This document shows, piece by piece, positions 1 to 12,892 of a stretch of DNA of 64,000 nucleotides. The position numbers and the translations under genes were made by a program. The notes beneath the pieces were generated by a model that was not told the origin of the DNA, ran no database searches, and saw only the letters and a list, made by a program, of their open reading frames with translations. The DNA lies in contig NC_043015.1 in assembly GCF_006345805.1 (NCBI RefSeq), positions 21,452,001-21,516,000 on the forward strand, in the 5' to 3' direction. The DNA is from Octopus sinensis. Taxonomy: Eukaryota. The first letter of the stretch is position 1, and every line of letters starts with the position of its first letter.

Positions 1-1
1 A

Positions 2-80
<79 letters not shown>

Positions 81-425
81 TACATACATACATATATATA
101 TATATGCAGATATATATATACATATATATATACATATATATATAATATGAATAATATATATATATATTTGTATACATACATATATGTTCATACAACTATA
201 CGTGTATATATATATATATATATGCGTATGTGGGCACAGGACGTTACGAAACATGTACAACAAAAACTACGAACTACGAGTACATGGAATATGAGGTGTT
301 TTTCGAACAACGAAAAACGCAAATGGAAAACAAGACAAACAACATAAAGAACGACCATTCATCAGTTGTTTGGCTGTATTCCTACTCTCGTCTTTCGAGC
401 ATATACATACCTGTGCGTATGTGTC

Positions 426-522
<97 letters not shown>

Positions 523-1211
523 GTATATATATATATATGTCTGTGTGTATATAAGTATATATATGCACACAGGTGTGTATGTGTGTGTGTATGTAATTTA
601 CTGTCCCCTTAAGGTATGCTAGAAAAAAATTATTCCATCAAATGAGAGGAAATATTAGTTAAGATACAATCTACTAATAACTTATTGCTTTGGGAACGCG
701 GGTAGAAGCAGGCTTTTATAAGACGCCTTGTGTTTCCAATCTACCGAGTCTCTCTCTCTAGTTCTCTCTCGATCTTTCTCACACACCACACACACACACA
801 CATAAGCACACACAGGTACACACTTAGGCATATATATATATATACGTGTAAGTCTTAAGTTATATATCCATTCAATAAATCTGTTAGTTTCTGTCCTGTC
901 TTGCATCCATGACTCTTTCTTTCATACTGACTTTGTATTACTCGTAGGACTTTCGTTCGTTATCTCCGTCAATATCTCTTTGACGAACTGCTAGTTACGA
1001 ATATCAATTCCTTGTCTCTGACGACAAAGAGGTTGACTTTTCTGAGGAAACAATTCTAGAAAAAGCTGTAGGAGACTGTATACACAAATTCTTCATTCCG
1101 TTGCTCTAATAACTCTGCAATAATATTTGAATTACAAATTACATGATCAAAATGGTACCACGTTTTGCCCATTCTTTCTTCCACATACGTATACTTATAC
1201 ACACGCACACT

Positions 1212-1283
<72 letters not shown>

Positions 1284-1838
1284 ATATATATATATATATA
1301 AACACACACACTACACATATATGGAAAGAGAGAGAGAGAGAGAGAGAGGGGGGAGAGAGAGAGGGGGACAGAGAGAAGGGACAGAGAGCAATCAGAAAAA
1401 GTCAGAGTGCCAGCCAAGAAGAGAGAATGAGAAAATTAGAAAAAGAGGTTGTAAGATATGCTGTTATTTACTTTAAACCTTTAATTTTAGACATTAATAT
1501 TTACAGGTGATTGATTTAATACATTATGCATCGTTGGATATTTCATATTCGTTTAGTAGTTGCTTAGTTTTCAATCTCTATGAAACTGTTTCCTCCCAAG
1601 CTACTATGAAATAGTGCAGAAAAATATTCATATTGAATATAGAAACCTCGTAATAATTCTAGTTGTGCTACGTTACTACAAGACGCTCAGCTCTTTTTTT
1701 AAGCAAGTGTATTATCTCGGATAATAAATCAAAACGAATAGTTTGTATTTAAAAACAGCTAACTGTCGTTTAGTGTTTCTGTTTAATGTATACACATACA
1801 CAAAGACCAACACACACACATAAACATACACGCACACA

Positions 1839-1909
<71 letters not shown>

Positions 1910-1910
1910 C
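1..1910. repeat. Cluster of (TA)n, (CA)n and (GA)n microsatellites
   Basis: Long TA runs at about 1-146, 431-540, 1213-1300 and 1840-1908, with CA and GA runs between them. The overlapping ORFs are YI/IY repeats. Confidence 0.95.
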
Positions 1911-2660
1911 AGAGAAAGAGAGAGAGAGACAGCGATAGCAAGAGAAAGAACAATATTGTGTATATGTTACCGGGAAGCTAAACAATCATTTTAGAAGATA
2001 TAGATTAGGAATCAATTTATGTCTATATATAATTTACGTGTTAGGGTTCGTTTGTATGCCATCCGTTAAGGTCCATGTTATGCCTTTTAACGAAATTTAA
2101 CTGTAATTCCGCCATGTTACTGAAACAATTCAGATTCTCTCCAATTGTTTCAGTTTCTGTTTTTGTTGGCAATTTACTAATTCCATTTTCTTTTTTTTTT
2201 TCCAGTTGTGCCTCAGTTTCCTGCCTCCCAAAGAAAACCTTTCAACGTGGTTTAATAGGTTTTGAATTGTCATTGATGATCTGTAACTTTGCTTTTTTGC
2301 ATTATATTGGTGGGGTTGTCGGTGCACGCAAAGGGGCATTTTACCTCCGGAAGGAGTGGACCATATTAATATGTGTTTTATCCACAACCCTTGGACCTCT
2401 CTACCATTGAAGAAACTTCCAGGAGCTTGAGTAACTCTGGCATAGCTCAGGCCTTCACATTCTGAGTTGGTGCTTGAAATCTCATCTCTTTACAATGTTC
2501 GATGGTACAAAATATAACCTCTTACATCTGCAATGAATGAATAAAATTCTACCAAAACAGCTGTCGTGAATTTTAAACGTCATTTCTGTTTGCCTTACAC
2601 ACGCTCAAACACACAGACACTCACACGCACACGTATACACACAAATACACGCACATATGA

Positions 2661-2661
2661 C

Positions 2662-2740
<79 letters not shown>

Positions 2741-2741
2741 C

Positions 2742-2778
<37 letters not shown>

Positions 2779-2810
2779 ATATCTATCTATCTGTCTATCT
2801 ATATATATTG
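2661..2810. repeat. (ATCT)n tetranucleotide microsatellite
   Basis: Direct reading of ctatctatctat... Similar arrays lie at about 24590-24820 and 57390-57680. Confidence 0.95.
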
Positions 2811-4629
2811 AATGAATTTTATTCATTCAATGCAGTCATACACACACGCAGAGACACATATATATATATATATATATGTATACATAAAGATAGATGTGAG
2901 AATCGAGAGATCTTGAGATAAACAGAATAACACAAAATAGTAAAGCAAGTCAAATGATAGATGTTTGTTTTGGTTTGTAGTTTGTGTAGTTTGACAATAT
3001 TGCACAATTTTAATTTAAATGAAATTAAGAAGTTAACAACATTCTGTTAATGTGGATGTTTCCTGGCGCATAAATTGTATAATCTGGAACACTTTCATCA
3101 ACAGACCAACCGTCCCCTACATAATCGGCTGTTGGCACTCAAAATGAGCAACATTTAAGTTACATATATACATATATTTGCACACACACACACACACACA
3201 CATACACACACACACACACAGACTAGCACACACACATATACACGCACACGTATATTTCTTTCTTCTTTCCGTACATTTGGCATTTAATTTGAAATTTTTG
3301 TCCACACCTGTTTACTAGTTTGTCGCAAATACTCAAGTCGTCTCATATTCTGTTCGAATTTCAGTTAAAAATAATCAAAGGAAAATTAAAAGAACAAAAA
3401 TATATGTTCCAAGCATTTAGAAACAAGTCTCTTATGTTTGTTCTGCGTTTAGGCGCCAAAAATGCCATTTGAATTGTTCACGTTTGTTCATTTCATTGAA
3501 TCTATAAGACAAATTTTTAACTAATTAAGATTTATTAAAAAAAAAACAAGATTTAGTTTCTTGATAGCAATTTGTGTTATATTTTGTTCGAATATTTATC
3601 GATAGTAGATGCTGAACGTAAACTAGACTTCACTTGACTGGCGGCCAAATACGCATAGATCAAGTATTAAAGCTGTTGTTTACTGATACATCTGGATACG
3701 AAATCATTTAAGTACTATTTCTCTTGTATTTTATGACGGAATGTTTTGATTAAATTCCATCAATTTATAAATGATAAAACAGAAAAAATCACGTATGAAG
3801 TACACGTATCAATTTCAAATTCAATTTTATGTTTCACCAAAAAAGCTAAATAAAAATATGCCATTTCAAAAAAAACAAAAACGAAATAAGCGCGGTAGAA
3901 GAAATAACGTCGAATCCCAATTTAAGTCTATGACAAAATTATGGAAAATATCGCTACTGAAATCAAAACGTGTAATATTGATCAATATGTTGATATAAAT
4001 ACTAAATATGAAAGTTATCACTTATTGCGTAGATTTAAATCTTCCATTTTTTTCATGGTTCTTCACAACTTCATATAGATTAACTTTAATTTAGCTGTAC
4101 TCCCGCTTTTGATATTGTTGTGTGAACTCAAAGACAACCATAGAAATAAAAGTTACGAAGCCTACGCCGAGTTCCATTTGAATCTCATAAATGATCCATT
4201 AAAAATAATTATCTCATTGCGAATGTGATAAAATGTAGATTCCGTATTGAAACCGAGTGGATAAGTAGACTAAGATGAAGTCCCAAAGCTGTTTACTGAT
4301 ACTATCTGTCTGTTATTGGTTGTTGGTCAGGTGGTAGAGACATTAATTAATATTTCTTTAATAATAGCTACAGAATCACATCAATGAATATTGGCTAAAG
4401 TCGACGAAATATGCTAAGAACTGTATCGTTTAGATTTAGTATTAGTCAATGAAAGCTTTAATTCCATGTCATCTGAGCAAAATCCTTTTAAATGAATTAC
4501 AGAAAATGAACGAGCTGGTTCAATAACTTTCTCTCAACGAATTTAATGCAAAAATATCTTTCCAACCGACTACCACGTACCTTCCTGTAGAGAGCTCTAT
4601 TCAACAAGAGAGGGAAGTTGAACATAAGA

Positions 4630-5530
4630 CAGAGAAGAAAGATGGCTATGGGTGAATAAAAATAATTTAAAACCGGAAACGGAGGCTCCAATCAGTCTGA
4701 CTCAAGAGAAAGCATTAGGAACTAATTACATCAAATACAGTGCAGAATTTGTAGACAAAATGGTGAAACCGTATGGCATATCATCAGTAAATGTATTTCA
4801 CTAGCCCAGAAACAAAATAAGAGACGTCATGACAGCATAGCAGCGATCTACCATTGGGTACTTTGCAACATGTAAGGACTTGACAGAACAAAAACATGGT
4901 ACGAGCATAAACCCGAAGGGATCATCGAAAATGATAATGCAAAGATCCTATGGGATATACGATTCAGTGAGACCATGAGAAAGAGAATAAGAAACCAGAC
5001 TTAATTGAGAAAGAAAGAAAACGATGCTGGATCATAGATATAACATGCCCAGCTGAAAACAAGGTATGCGATAAGGAAGAAAGAAAAGTCGATAGGTATG
5101 ACTGGTTTGTTTGGGAGGTTAAACAGTTGTGGTCGATGAAAAAGGTGGTAGTAGTACCAATAATTGTCGGAGCCCTAGAAACAGTGAGTAAAAATCTTGA
5201 GAAGTGCAGGCATTAAATACGGGCTGCAATAAGGGTGGGGTACTTGCAGAAAACAACACTGCTTAGAACCGCTCATATACTCTGGATGATGCTCGAAAAA
5301 TAAGAGGTGTTACCTTAGTTCACTGGTAGTGAACAGCTGACACTGTAGTACATCCCCAGCTTTAGAAACCGTGCAAAGGCAACGATAATAATAACAATAA
5401 GAACAACAACCACAACAATAATAATAATATTAATAATAATAATGATGATGATGATGATGATGATGATGATAATGATGATGATGATGATGATAATGATGAT
5501 GATGATGATGATGATAATAATAATAATAAT
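4630..5530 (+). mobile_element. Dong/R4-type non-LTR retrotransposon, 3' fragment (CCHC plus restriction-like endonuclease), degraded
   Basis: Manual translation gives WLWVNKNNLKPETEA..., CRICRQNGETVWHIISKC (CCHC), KRRHD, WYEHKPEGIIENDNAKILWD, KPDL...IIDITCP and VVPIIVGALETV. An (AAT)n/(GAT)n tail follows. Confidence 0.88.
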
Positions 5531-5539
5531 ACACCTATG

Positions 5540-8500
5540 CTGATCTCGTAAAAGTTAGATGGCAGTCAGACTAAGAGAAGGATCACTGATAACAAAAACA
5601 GAGGAGCAAGGCTCCTTGCACCTTGGTGGGCAGCTGCGCTAGAGATGGTGTCTCGATAGAAATACTGATTGGTGGTAACCTAAAAATGCACCGCATTTAT
5701 GAGTGGAAATGGCAAACAAATCAACTAACGATAATAATTTGAACTGGATTGGAGGCAATGTCAAAGGTGTTCTGCGAGGTAATTGCCCCATTGTGCAGCA
5801 GGTTTGGGCTCGGTAATAAAGCAGCCATTGCTAGCCATTCTGCCACACAAAATTGGAGTAAACAAGTGAATGTGATGGTTATGGAGTAATTCTATTGGAT
5901 CATGCCAGTAGATATAAATGATGAGTCGGTGAGAGGATAGGGACCACGTAGTGCATAGGGAATGGAACTGTTTGCAATTACAGAACAGAGATTATGGGAT
6001 CAAGCAAAAGTAATACGAAAGAATGGCTAGTTGACAGGATTGGAGTTAGAAGTTATCAAAAGATGGAAATACGGGTATGTTGACCACATAAACAATGAAA
6101 GTGGCACAATAGAAGAAATGGACAATTTCTCGCAAGAATACACAGGCTTGAGTTGTGAAAGGTACGAGAGCAGAGAACAATTAAACGATGGAATCAGATG
6201 ATAGGGAACAGGTTTTTGGATCTATTAAATGTAGAAAAGATGGAATATATGCGTGCTTTCAGAATAGCTGATCAATGGAGACTAAATCAAGAAACCAGTA
6301 AAGTCAATAATGTATTGAAAACATATTGCAACAAAGGAAATCTCACAAACAAAGCTGCAAATAGGACGGTTGCAGAAAGGATGAGATTGAAGATCAATGA
6401 CAATAGAGCACTGACAGAAAGAAAAGGAAATAAAAAACCTTAGTGGAAAACGAGAAGATGAGAAAATATAAGCTCCCTGAACAGTGCAGTGTCAAGTATT
6501 GACAGGAAAAGAAAACGAGAATTTAAGAAGTATGGTGTTTATACAAAAGGACTCAATGTTGTGATTGGAGAAGTGAAGCAGGGCATACTTGCCAAGGAAA
6601 CCAAACTAAGTAGATTTGAGCAACGGGCAAACATTACAGGCAAAACCGATCGTTTAGTATCAACCTAGAAAGATTTTATCAAGTAATTAATAATGATTTG
6701 GCATGCGGAAGATTAGTTCCCGATCCGGATAAAGGTCGAAGGTTTTGGGTTGAGATATGGAGTAAGCAAATACAGCATAATACTGGAGCTGAATGGCACT
6801 GCAGTCTGAAACAAACAGCTTCGTATCCCCACCAAGAAGTTCTCCTCTTTATCGGGGACAGTATCAGTGATGTGAGCAAGACGTCGAGCAATTGCAAAGT
6901 AGCATCTTGATGGTGTAGAGGGAATTTAGTTAAAAAAGTTCAGTAGGAGCTATAAATTGATTGCAGAGCAAATTAATGCATTGATTCATGGACCAAGAAT
7001 TTCCAGGTAGTTGACTATCAGGAGGAATTGCAGAAGAAATGTATATATTTCGTGATGAAAATGACATCTTACCAATGTTCAATGAACAAAGAGGTTGTGG
7101 TTGAAGATGCAGAAGTAGGAAGGTGTAATGGCAATGAAGATGGCAATGAAGATGGCAATGAAAATGGCAATGAAGATTGTAAGCGAAGCAGGATAAACTT
7201 GGGATTGACCTAGATGGATTACCGCAAGCCTTACAACGTTGAGTGCTTAGATATGCTTAGATATGCTTAGAATTGCAAGGAACGTAACGTGTTTTCTGAA
7301 GAGAAGTATGGTGGGTTGGAAGTCTCAGTTGACATCGTGTGGACAAAGTCTGGGCACGCTAGGCATCAAGAGAGGGATTTTCCAAGGGGACAGCTTATGT
7401 ACGTTGCTTTTTGCATTTGGCACAGTCCTTCTGACCTTGTTGTAGAAAGTGAACCTGGGATATCAGTCCAAGGGAAAAACACAAAGTATCAACCATCTTC
7501 TATTCATAGATGTTTGGAAGCTGTATGGAAAGGATGAGGTACAAGTGAGATCCTTCGTGAGTACTGGTCGATAATTTAGTGCTGAGGTTAAGATGGAATT
7601 CGTATTCAAGAAGCTTGGTGCAATGGGTCTAAAAAGAGGCAGGTTATAGAATTACTACATCGAAGATTAATGCAACAAGTTGAAAAGAGCTTAAGTACCT
7701 TGGTATACAAAGACGGTGAGCTGGTAGAAACGTTAGCACACCGGGCGAAATGCTTAGCGGTATTTCGTCTGCCGCTACGTTCTGAGTTCAAATTCCGCCG
7801 TAGTCGACTTTGCCTTTCATCCTTTCAGGGTCGATTAAATAAGTACCAGTTACACACTGGGGTCGATATAATCGACTTAATCGGTTTGGCTGACCTTGTT
7901 CGTCCCCTCTGTGTTGAGCCCCTTGTGGGTAGTAAAGAAATAGGTATACAAGAGTTCAATGAAATCATGGAGAAGGGAGTGAAAATACAAGTGAAGAAAT
8001 AATAATTCCAAAGTTTAGGGTGGGATGTACAAAATGTTTTGGAATCATTGTTGATTCTTCGGAAGAAATCCTGCATCATCAAAACTGACAATTGTGTTGA
8101 GAAAGAGATGCTGAAAGAGGAGAAAAATGAAGAAGAAAGAAAAGGCATGCCGGGAATGACATGCAGAGAATGGTAAACGGTTGGTTTGCAAGAGATACGT
8201 GGGTTAAAACGGATACAGTAGGCCGTGAGCGAGAAATGCAAAATGAATGCTGAGAGGGGTGAAATGGTGGAGTACATTGTGACCGAAATTGGCACAAAGT
8301 GAATACAAAACGCAACATGACGATGTGGTAAGAATGATCCATTGCGAGCTATGTAGAAATTATGAGCTAGAAGAATCAAAGATTTGGTGTCACCGAAACT
8401 CTGGAGAGTTACTGAGAAATAGGAGTGCAAAATCCTGTAGGATGCAATAATTCAGTACGACAATCAGATGAACCATGGTGAACCTGATATTGTTGTAATG

Positions 8501-8893
8501 AGCAGAAAAGAAAAGAAAAAAATTACGTGATAATTGACATAGAATATCTTAGAGACAAGAGGAATTGAAGTGAGAAATACGCTGGTTATAGACAATGATG
8601 AAGATAGTACAGGTGATACCGATAGTGATTGGTGCACCTAGAAATATCAGTACCCAACTTCCAACATGGATCTAAAAGATTGGAACGAATGTGAAGATAG
8701 AAATTCTACAAAAATCACCAGTGCTTGGAACTGCAAATGGTCTCCACGGGGTTCTGGCAGCATGATCAGTAAACAGGGGTCTCCGTAGTGTTCTAGTTGT
8801 GGAGTGATGAAACTTTCCCATCATACCTAGCGAAATAAAGCTGGGATCTTTTCCCGATATAACAACAACAACAACTACAACAACAACAGCAAC
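5540..8893 (+). mobile_element. Dong/R4-type LINE, long degraded copy (RT plus RLE) with many stops and frameshifts
   Basis: Fragments: PDPDKGRRFWVEIWSKQIQHNTGAEW (ORF 6698), IKRGIFQGDSLCTLLF (RT motif, ORF 7263), KYLGIQE, then KIL*DAIIQ...PDIVVM and VIPIVIGA. Ends in an (AAC)n tail near 8861-8893. Confidence 0.85.
7712..7947 (+). mobile_element. tRNA-derived SINE (octopus OR-like type) inserted in the LINE RT region
   Basis: Head ggtgagctggtagaaacgttagc, B-box-like gagttcaaattc, conserved core gcctttcatcctttcagggtcgattaaataagtacc. Flanked by a 9-bp direct repeat ggtatacaa (7702-7710 and 7943-7951) that restores the LINE frame KYLGIQE. Confidence 0.9.
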
Positions 8894-8894
8894 A

Positions 8895-9297
8895 TAGAAG
8901 TAGCATGAATACGAACTTGCGGCTGTGATAGAAAATGAGAACTACAGAATTCTATGGGACGCACCTATAAAAAAGAAAACAACAACTGGATATAGTTTTC
9001 AAAACAGCAGATCGAATATGACCATAGAGGACCAAATAAACAAACGATGTAATATAGAATTCGCAATTCCTTATAATAACAGATCAATGCCAAATAAATT
9101 GAAAAGACTGAGCCATACCAGGTTCTAGCCATAGAACTCAAGAGACTGTGGAAGACAATTGTTCCTGTGGTAATTGGTGCATTTGACAGATCACACAAAA
9201 TGCTATCTAAAAGACTGATAGAGATTGGAATCAAGTCTAGCATTGTCGATCTGCAAACAAGTACCATACTAGTCTGTATGAATCCCAAGACTGATTA
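8895..9297 (+). mobile_element. Dong/R4-type LINE 3' (RLE) fragment, interrupted by the DNA transposon
   Basis: VIENENYRILWD..., IEFAIP..., LAIELKRLWKTIVPVVIGAF. The sequence appears to resume after 11441. Confidence 0.75.
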
Positions 9298-11438
9298 CAC
9301 TGTGCAATAAATTTCAGGTTAAAAAAAAGTACAAGTTAAGTAAGACTTGTTTCTGGGTCAAAACAATTGTCCTGATTCTGATTCTGACCTTTATTTCTCC
9401 AGATTAGGCACCGTTTTCCTGTATCATGAACCATATGTTTTATAATATACTGCATACTATTGCGTATTGAACATAACATTGCAAATACTGAAAGTTACAA
9501 AAACTAAAACAAAAATTTAGTTCGTATAACAAAACATATTTGTTATGAATTAAAAACACACCTGTCAGTTTAAACAACTTTTGTCCTTCTAAGCCTTTTG
9601 TGCAGAGTATGGTCTTCTTTTTTTATACCCCAGCAGTAGTCTACCAACATGCCAGGTTTTCATTTTCCTTTGAATCATCGCTCCATCACTGAAATATCCT
9701 CATGGAATCTTTCGCCATGTTCATCACTCACATTACCAAGATTTTCCGCAAAATATCCAAATGAGAGTGAAGCACATGAACTTTTACAGACATTTTACAT
9801 CCCATATCATGATAATGACTCAGCAGATCATTCACAAATTGCACATACGATCATTGCCCAGGAAGTTATCACAAACTTTCTTGAATGACTCAAGGGCAAG
9901 CTTCTCTTTTCTTTTGTGATGTGTGATGAAGGTTTCATCAAGTACAATTTTTCGCATTTTGGGACCTGTGAAGAAACCTTCTTTAATTTTAGCTTGACAC
10001 ACAGAAGGGAACTTTTCTGCAAGATATGCAAATATAGAGGATTCCTTGTCCAAGGCTTTTACAAATTGCTTAAACAAACCAAGTTTAACATGCAAAGGTG
10101 GTAAAAAAATTATATTACTTTTCACAAGTGATTTGTGCATAATGTACTTCCTTGCTGAATTTCATTTTGGATCGGCCAATACTTGCGTTTATAATGTTCA
10201 GCTCTTGCTCTGGAATTCCATAAGCACAGGAAGCAGCAAAATTAAGTATAGCCAAGCTGAAGGCCAGTAAGCATGACCACAACCTTAAAATCTGCACAAG
10301 TATGCCAGGTATGGTCATCATACTGTATGCTTGTTAGAATTGCTTTCAGATTTTCATATGATTCTTTCATGGTTGTGCTATAAGCTATGGGAACAGAAGG
10401 CAGAGTGTTACCATTGTGTAGCAGAACACAATGCTGTCCTTGGATGCATCTATGATAAGTCGCCGGTTGGTTTCATCATATGGTATTTCCAGTTGCTCAA
10501 AAAGATGAGTGATGACATTACGAAAGCATAAGTCATAATTCATGGTGAATAATGCAAGCAGATCCTCTGTACGTTTTCTGTACAGTGTTATCTTCACACC
10601 TTTCTCAAGAAGGTTACGTTCTTGAAGCCTTGATGAGAGAAACTCACTTTTCTCTTTGGTTAAATCGAGATCCCTGCACAAGTCATTTAGAGCCTCTTGA
10701 GAAAATGGTATTGGTTTATTCTCACTTTCTGTATCATTGGGCTCCACACACTCACCACTGGAATGTTCATCAGCACTGATGGAATTCTGCATTTTTTGAT
10801 CTGGAGGTTTGGGCACAGATAAATTTTCTGAGTGCTCTACTGGATGCATTGAAGATTGCAAATTTGGTTAAATAATGTGTTTCTTTTTCTTTGCTGTAGT
10901 ACAGCATGTAAAGTCATGGTGACAGAAATAGCAACCATTAGAGTAATCATTCTCATATGAACGTTTTTTCCTGCATACCAGGCACTCAATGACTTCACAC
11001 ATGTAAGGCAACACACACGACTTATTCGGGTCTCGTAAGTAACAATGAAAGTACACCTTGTATATTGTCTTGATATGGCGTGTAATACTGTGGTTTCCTT
11101 TAGCAAAAGTCAACTCCCCACAAATATATCAGAATCTTTTTGGATCATTTTTGCTCTAACTTGCACTCATTGTTGAAAACAAATAAGATTTGAAAGATAA
11201 AAATAACATTAAACACAAGCTTTGAATCATATTGAATCTCTAGACTTGGGTCAAAACCTATTTTACAATGCAGTGGAGAATTTTATTTAATAATAATGAT
11301 AAAAAGGGTATACAGTGACAATTCTGTAGAAAACCTGCCTAATCCAACAAAAAGAAGGCCAGAAATGGATTTCCCATGTAATTTTGCATATAAAAATGGC
11401 CACAGATCTCTTGTACTTCTTTTTAGTGTTGCACGGTG
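9298..11438 (-). mobile_element. Chapaev3-type (CMC superfamily) DNA transposon, full length but decayed
   Basis: Termini cactgtgcaa...aaaagtacaag (from 9298) and cttgtactt...ttgcacggtg (ending 11438) are imperfect inverted repeats. TTA occurs on both flanks (9295-9297 and 11439-11441). An internal transposase pseudogene is present. The family name comes from recalled motifs. Confidence 0.85.
9570..11170 (-). pseudogene. Chapaev3-like transposase pseudogene (multiple stops and frameshifts)
   Basis: N-terminal NDPKRF*YICGELT and CYFC, FSQEALNDLCRDLDLTKEKSEFLSSRLQERNLL, RLIIDASK, LPPLHVKLGLFKQFVKALD, KIKEGFFTGPKMR, HGERFHEDISVME, GMLVDYCW. ORFs 10868, 10385 and 9832 are pieces of it. Confidence 0.88.
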
Positions 11439-11599
11439 TTATTGAGATTTGAGGAGAGCTGTTTTTCACCAAATTTAAAGATAATATTGCTGTTAATTAA
11501 ATCACTAGCATGATGATGATATGGTATGGACGACGACGACAATAACGATGATGATGATAATGATGTGGAGGAGGAAGTGAATGAAAATAAATTCTTGAA

Positions 11600-11870
11600 A
11601 TTAGTTCTCATTTCGTCTGCCCCTTTTTGTAGCACAGCAACGGAAACAATTGACCACATCATCTCTGGATACTCCATGCCTTTCTCAAATGAATATATTA
11701 ATCACCATGATAGACTTTGTCACTATTTACATTAAATCATTTACCGTAAGTCTTGACTCCCATATGATAAGAACTAGTCAAACTATTAGAAAATAAAAAT
11801 ACCACTGTTCTTCGGGTCCTTAACATCCAAACTGACCGTGTTATACATGAGAATTGTCTAGACAGAGTGG
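11600..11870 (+). mobile_element. Dong/R4-type LINE CCHC fragment
   Basis: CPFCSTATETIDHIISG...HHDRLCHYLH (ORF 11526) is a degenerate CCHC followed by an RHD-like motif. Confidence 0.7.
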
Positions 11871-11917
11871 TAAAAAATCACGTTGAACAGAGCATTATTA
11901 TTATTTAAAATTTTTCC

Positions 11918-12120
11918 ACAAGGGCAGGTTGGAGGAGGTGGGGATGAGTCGATTATATCGACCACAGAGTTCAGCTGGTACTTGGTACTTATTTTATCGA
12001 TTACGAAATGGACGAAAAGTAAAGTTAGCCCGACAGAATTTGTACTATGAACGGAGCGTTGAGAGAAACACCGCTTAGCATTTCGTGCAGCGCGCTAACG
12101 ATTCTGCCAGCTCGCCGCCT
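11918..12120 (-). mobile_element. tRNA-derived SINE (OR-like)
   Basis: Ends ...gctaacgattctgccagctcgccgcc, the reverse complement of the SINE head. The core gtacttattttatcga is present. Confidence 0.85.
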
Positions 12121-12138
12121 TTCATAATAATAATATTA

Positions 12139-12446
12139 GAACGAGTACTCAGAGGGCGCGAACGTCCGCTAAGTCAACACCACCATCCTCTCAACGATTA
12201 GCCAGAGATGATTTTCAAAATGAGAATATCTGAAATAAACTCGACTACTCTCACAAATTAAGTAAAAAGACAGGAAAAATAATCTATAATCCTTGTCCGG
12301 TATCAAATCGATCTCAAATTCTAATCAGTTACGCTGCCAAACATCCTTGAAAGTCTCATCTGAATTCAGTCAGCGGTTCTTGAGATATCTTGCCCACAAA
12401 CACGATTGAAAGCGATACCTCTGCCTTAGCGAAGGCGGAGGTAACA
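12139..12446 (+). mobile_element. Short non-autonomous element with 3' hairpin, DINE-1/Helentron-associated-like
   Basis: An 11-bp stem with a 4-nt loop, acctctgcctt-agcg-aaggcggaggt (12417-12442). A degenerate complementary motif aacgtccgctaag lies near the 5' end, with an internal ...cagcggttcttgagatatc motif. The classification is inference. Confidence 0.45.
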
Positions 12447-12460
12447 ATAGTCCTTTCTAT

Positions 12461-12820
12461 TAAGGCACAAGGCCTGAAATTTGGGGGAAGAGAATAGTCG
12501 ATTACATCGACACCAGTGTGTAACTGGTACTTAATTCATGGACCCCGAAAGGTTGAAAGGAAAAGTCGACCTCGGCGGAATTTGAACTCATAACATAGCG
12601 ATGGGCGAAATACCTATATCTTTACTACCCACAAGGGGCTAAACACAGAGAGGACAAACAAGGATAGACAAACGGATTAAGTCAATTGCATCGACCCAAG
12701 TGCATAACTGGTACTTTATTTATCGGCCCCGAAATGATGAATTTGAACCCAGAATGTAAAGGCAGACGAAATACCGCGAAGCATTTCGTCCGATGTGCTA
12801 ACGATTCTGCCAGCTCAGCC
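12461..12820 (-). mobile_element. tRNA-derived SINE with internally duplicated body (one head, two bodies)
   Basis: Two SINE cores with cgaaatacc at 12606 and 12767 but only one head (ending 12820). An (AAT)n run follows. Confidence 0.85.
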
Positions 12821-12845
12821 TTTCGTAATAATAATAATAATAATA

Positions 12846-12892
<47 letters not shown>

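Noticed and set aside
2075-2485. Overlapping ~110-aa open frames on both strands and a strong acceptor-like tract at about 2190-2204
   Set aside because: No recognisable protein, no matching donor, and only a faint VQGLWIK resemblance to Dong RT. This is insufficient to call.
7825-8430. 201-aa minus-strand ORF
   Set aside because: It is antisense to the degraded Dong/R4 RT region and SINE, so it is a shadow ORF.
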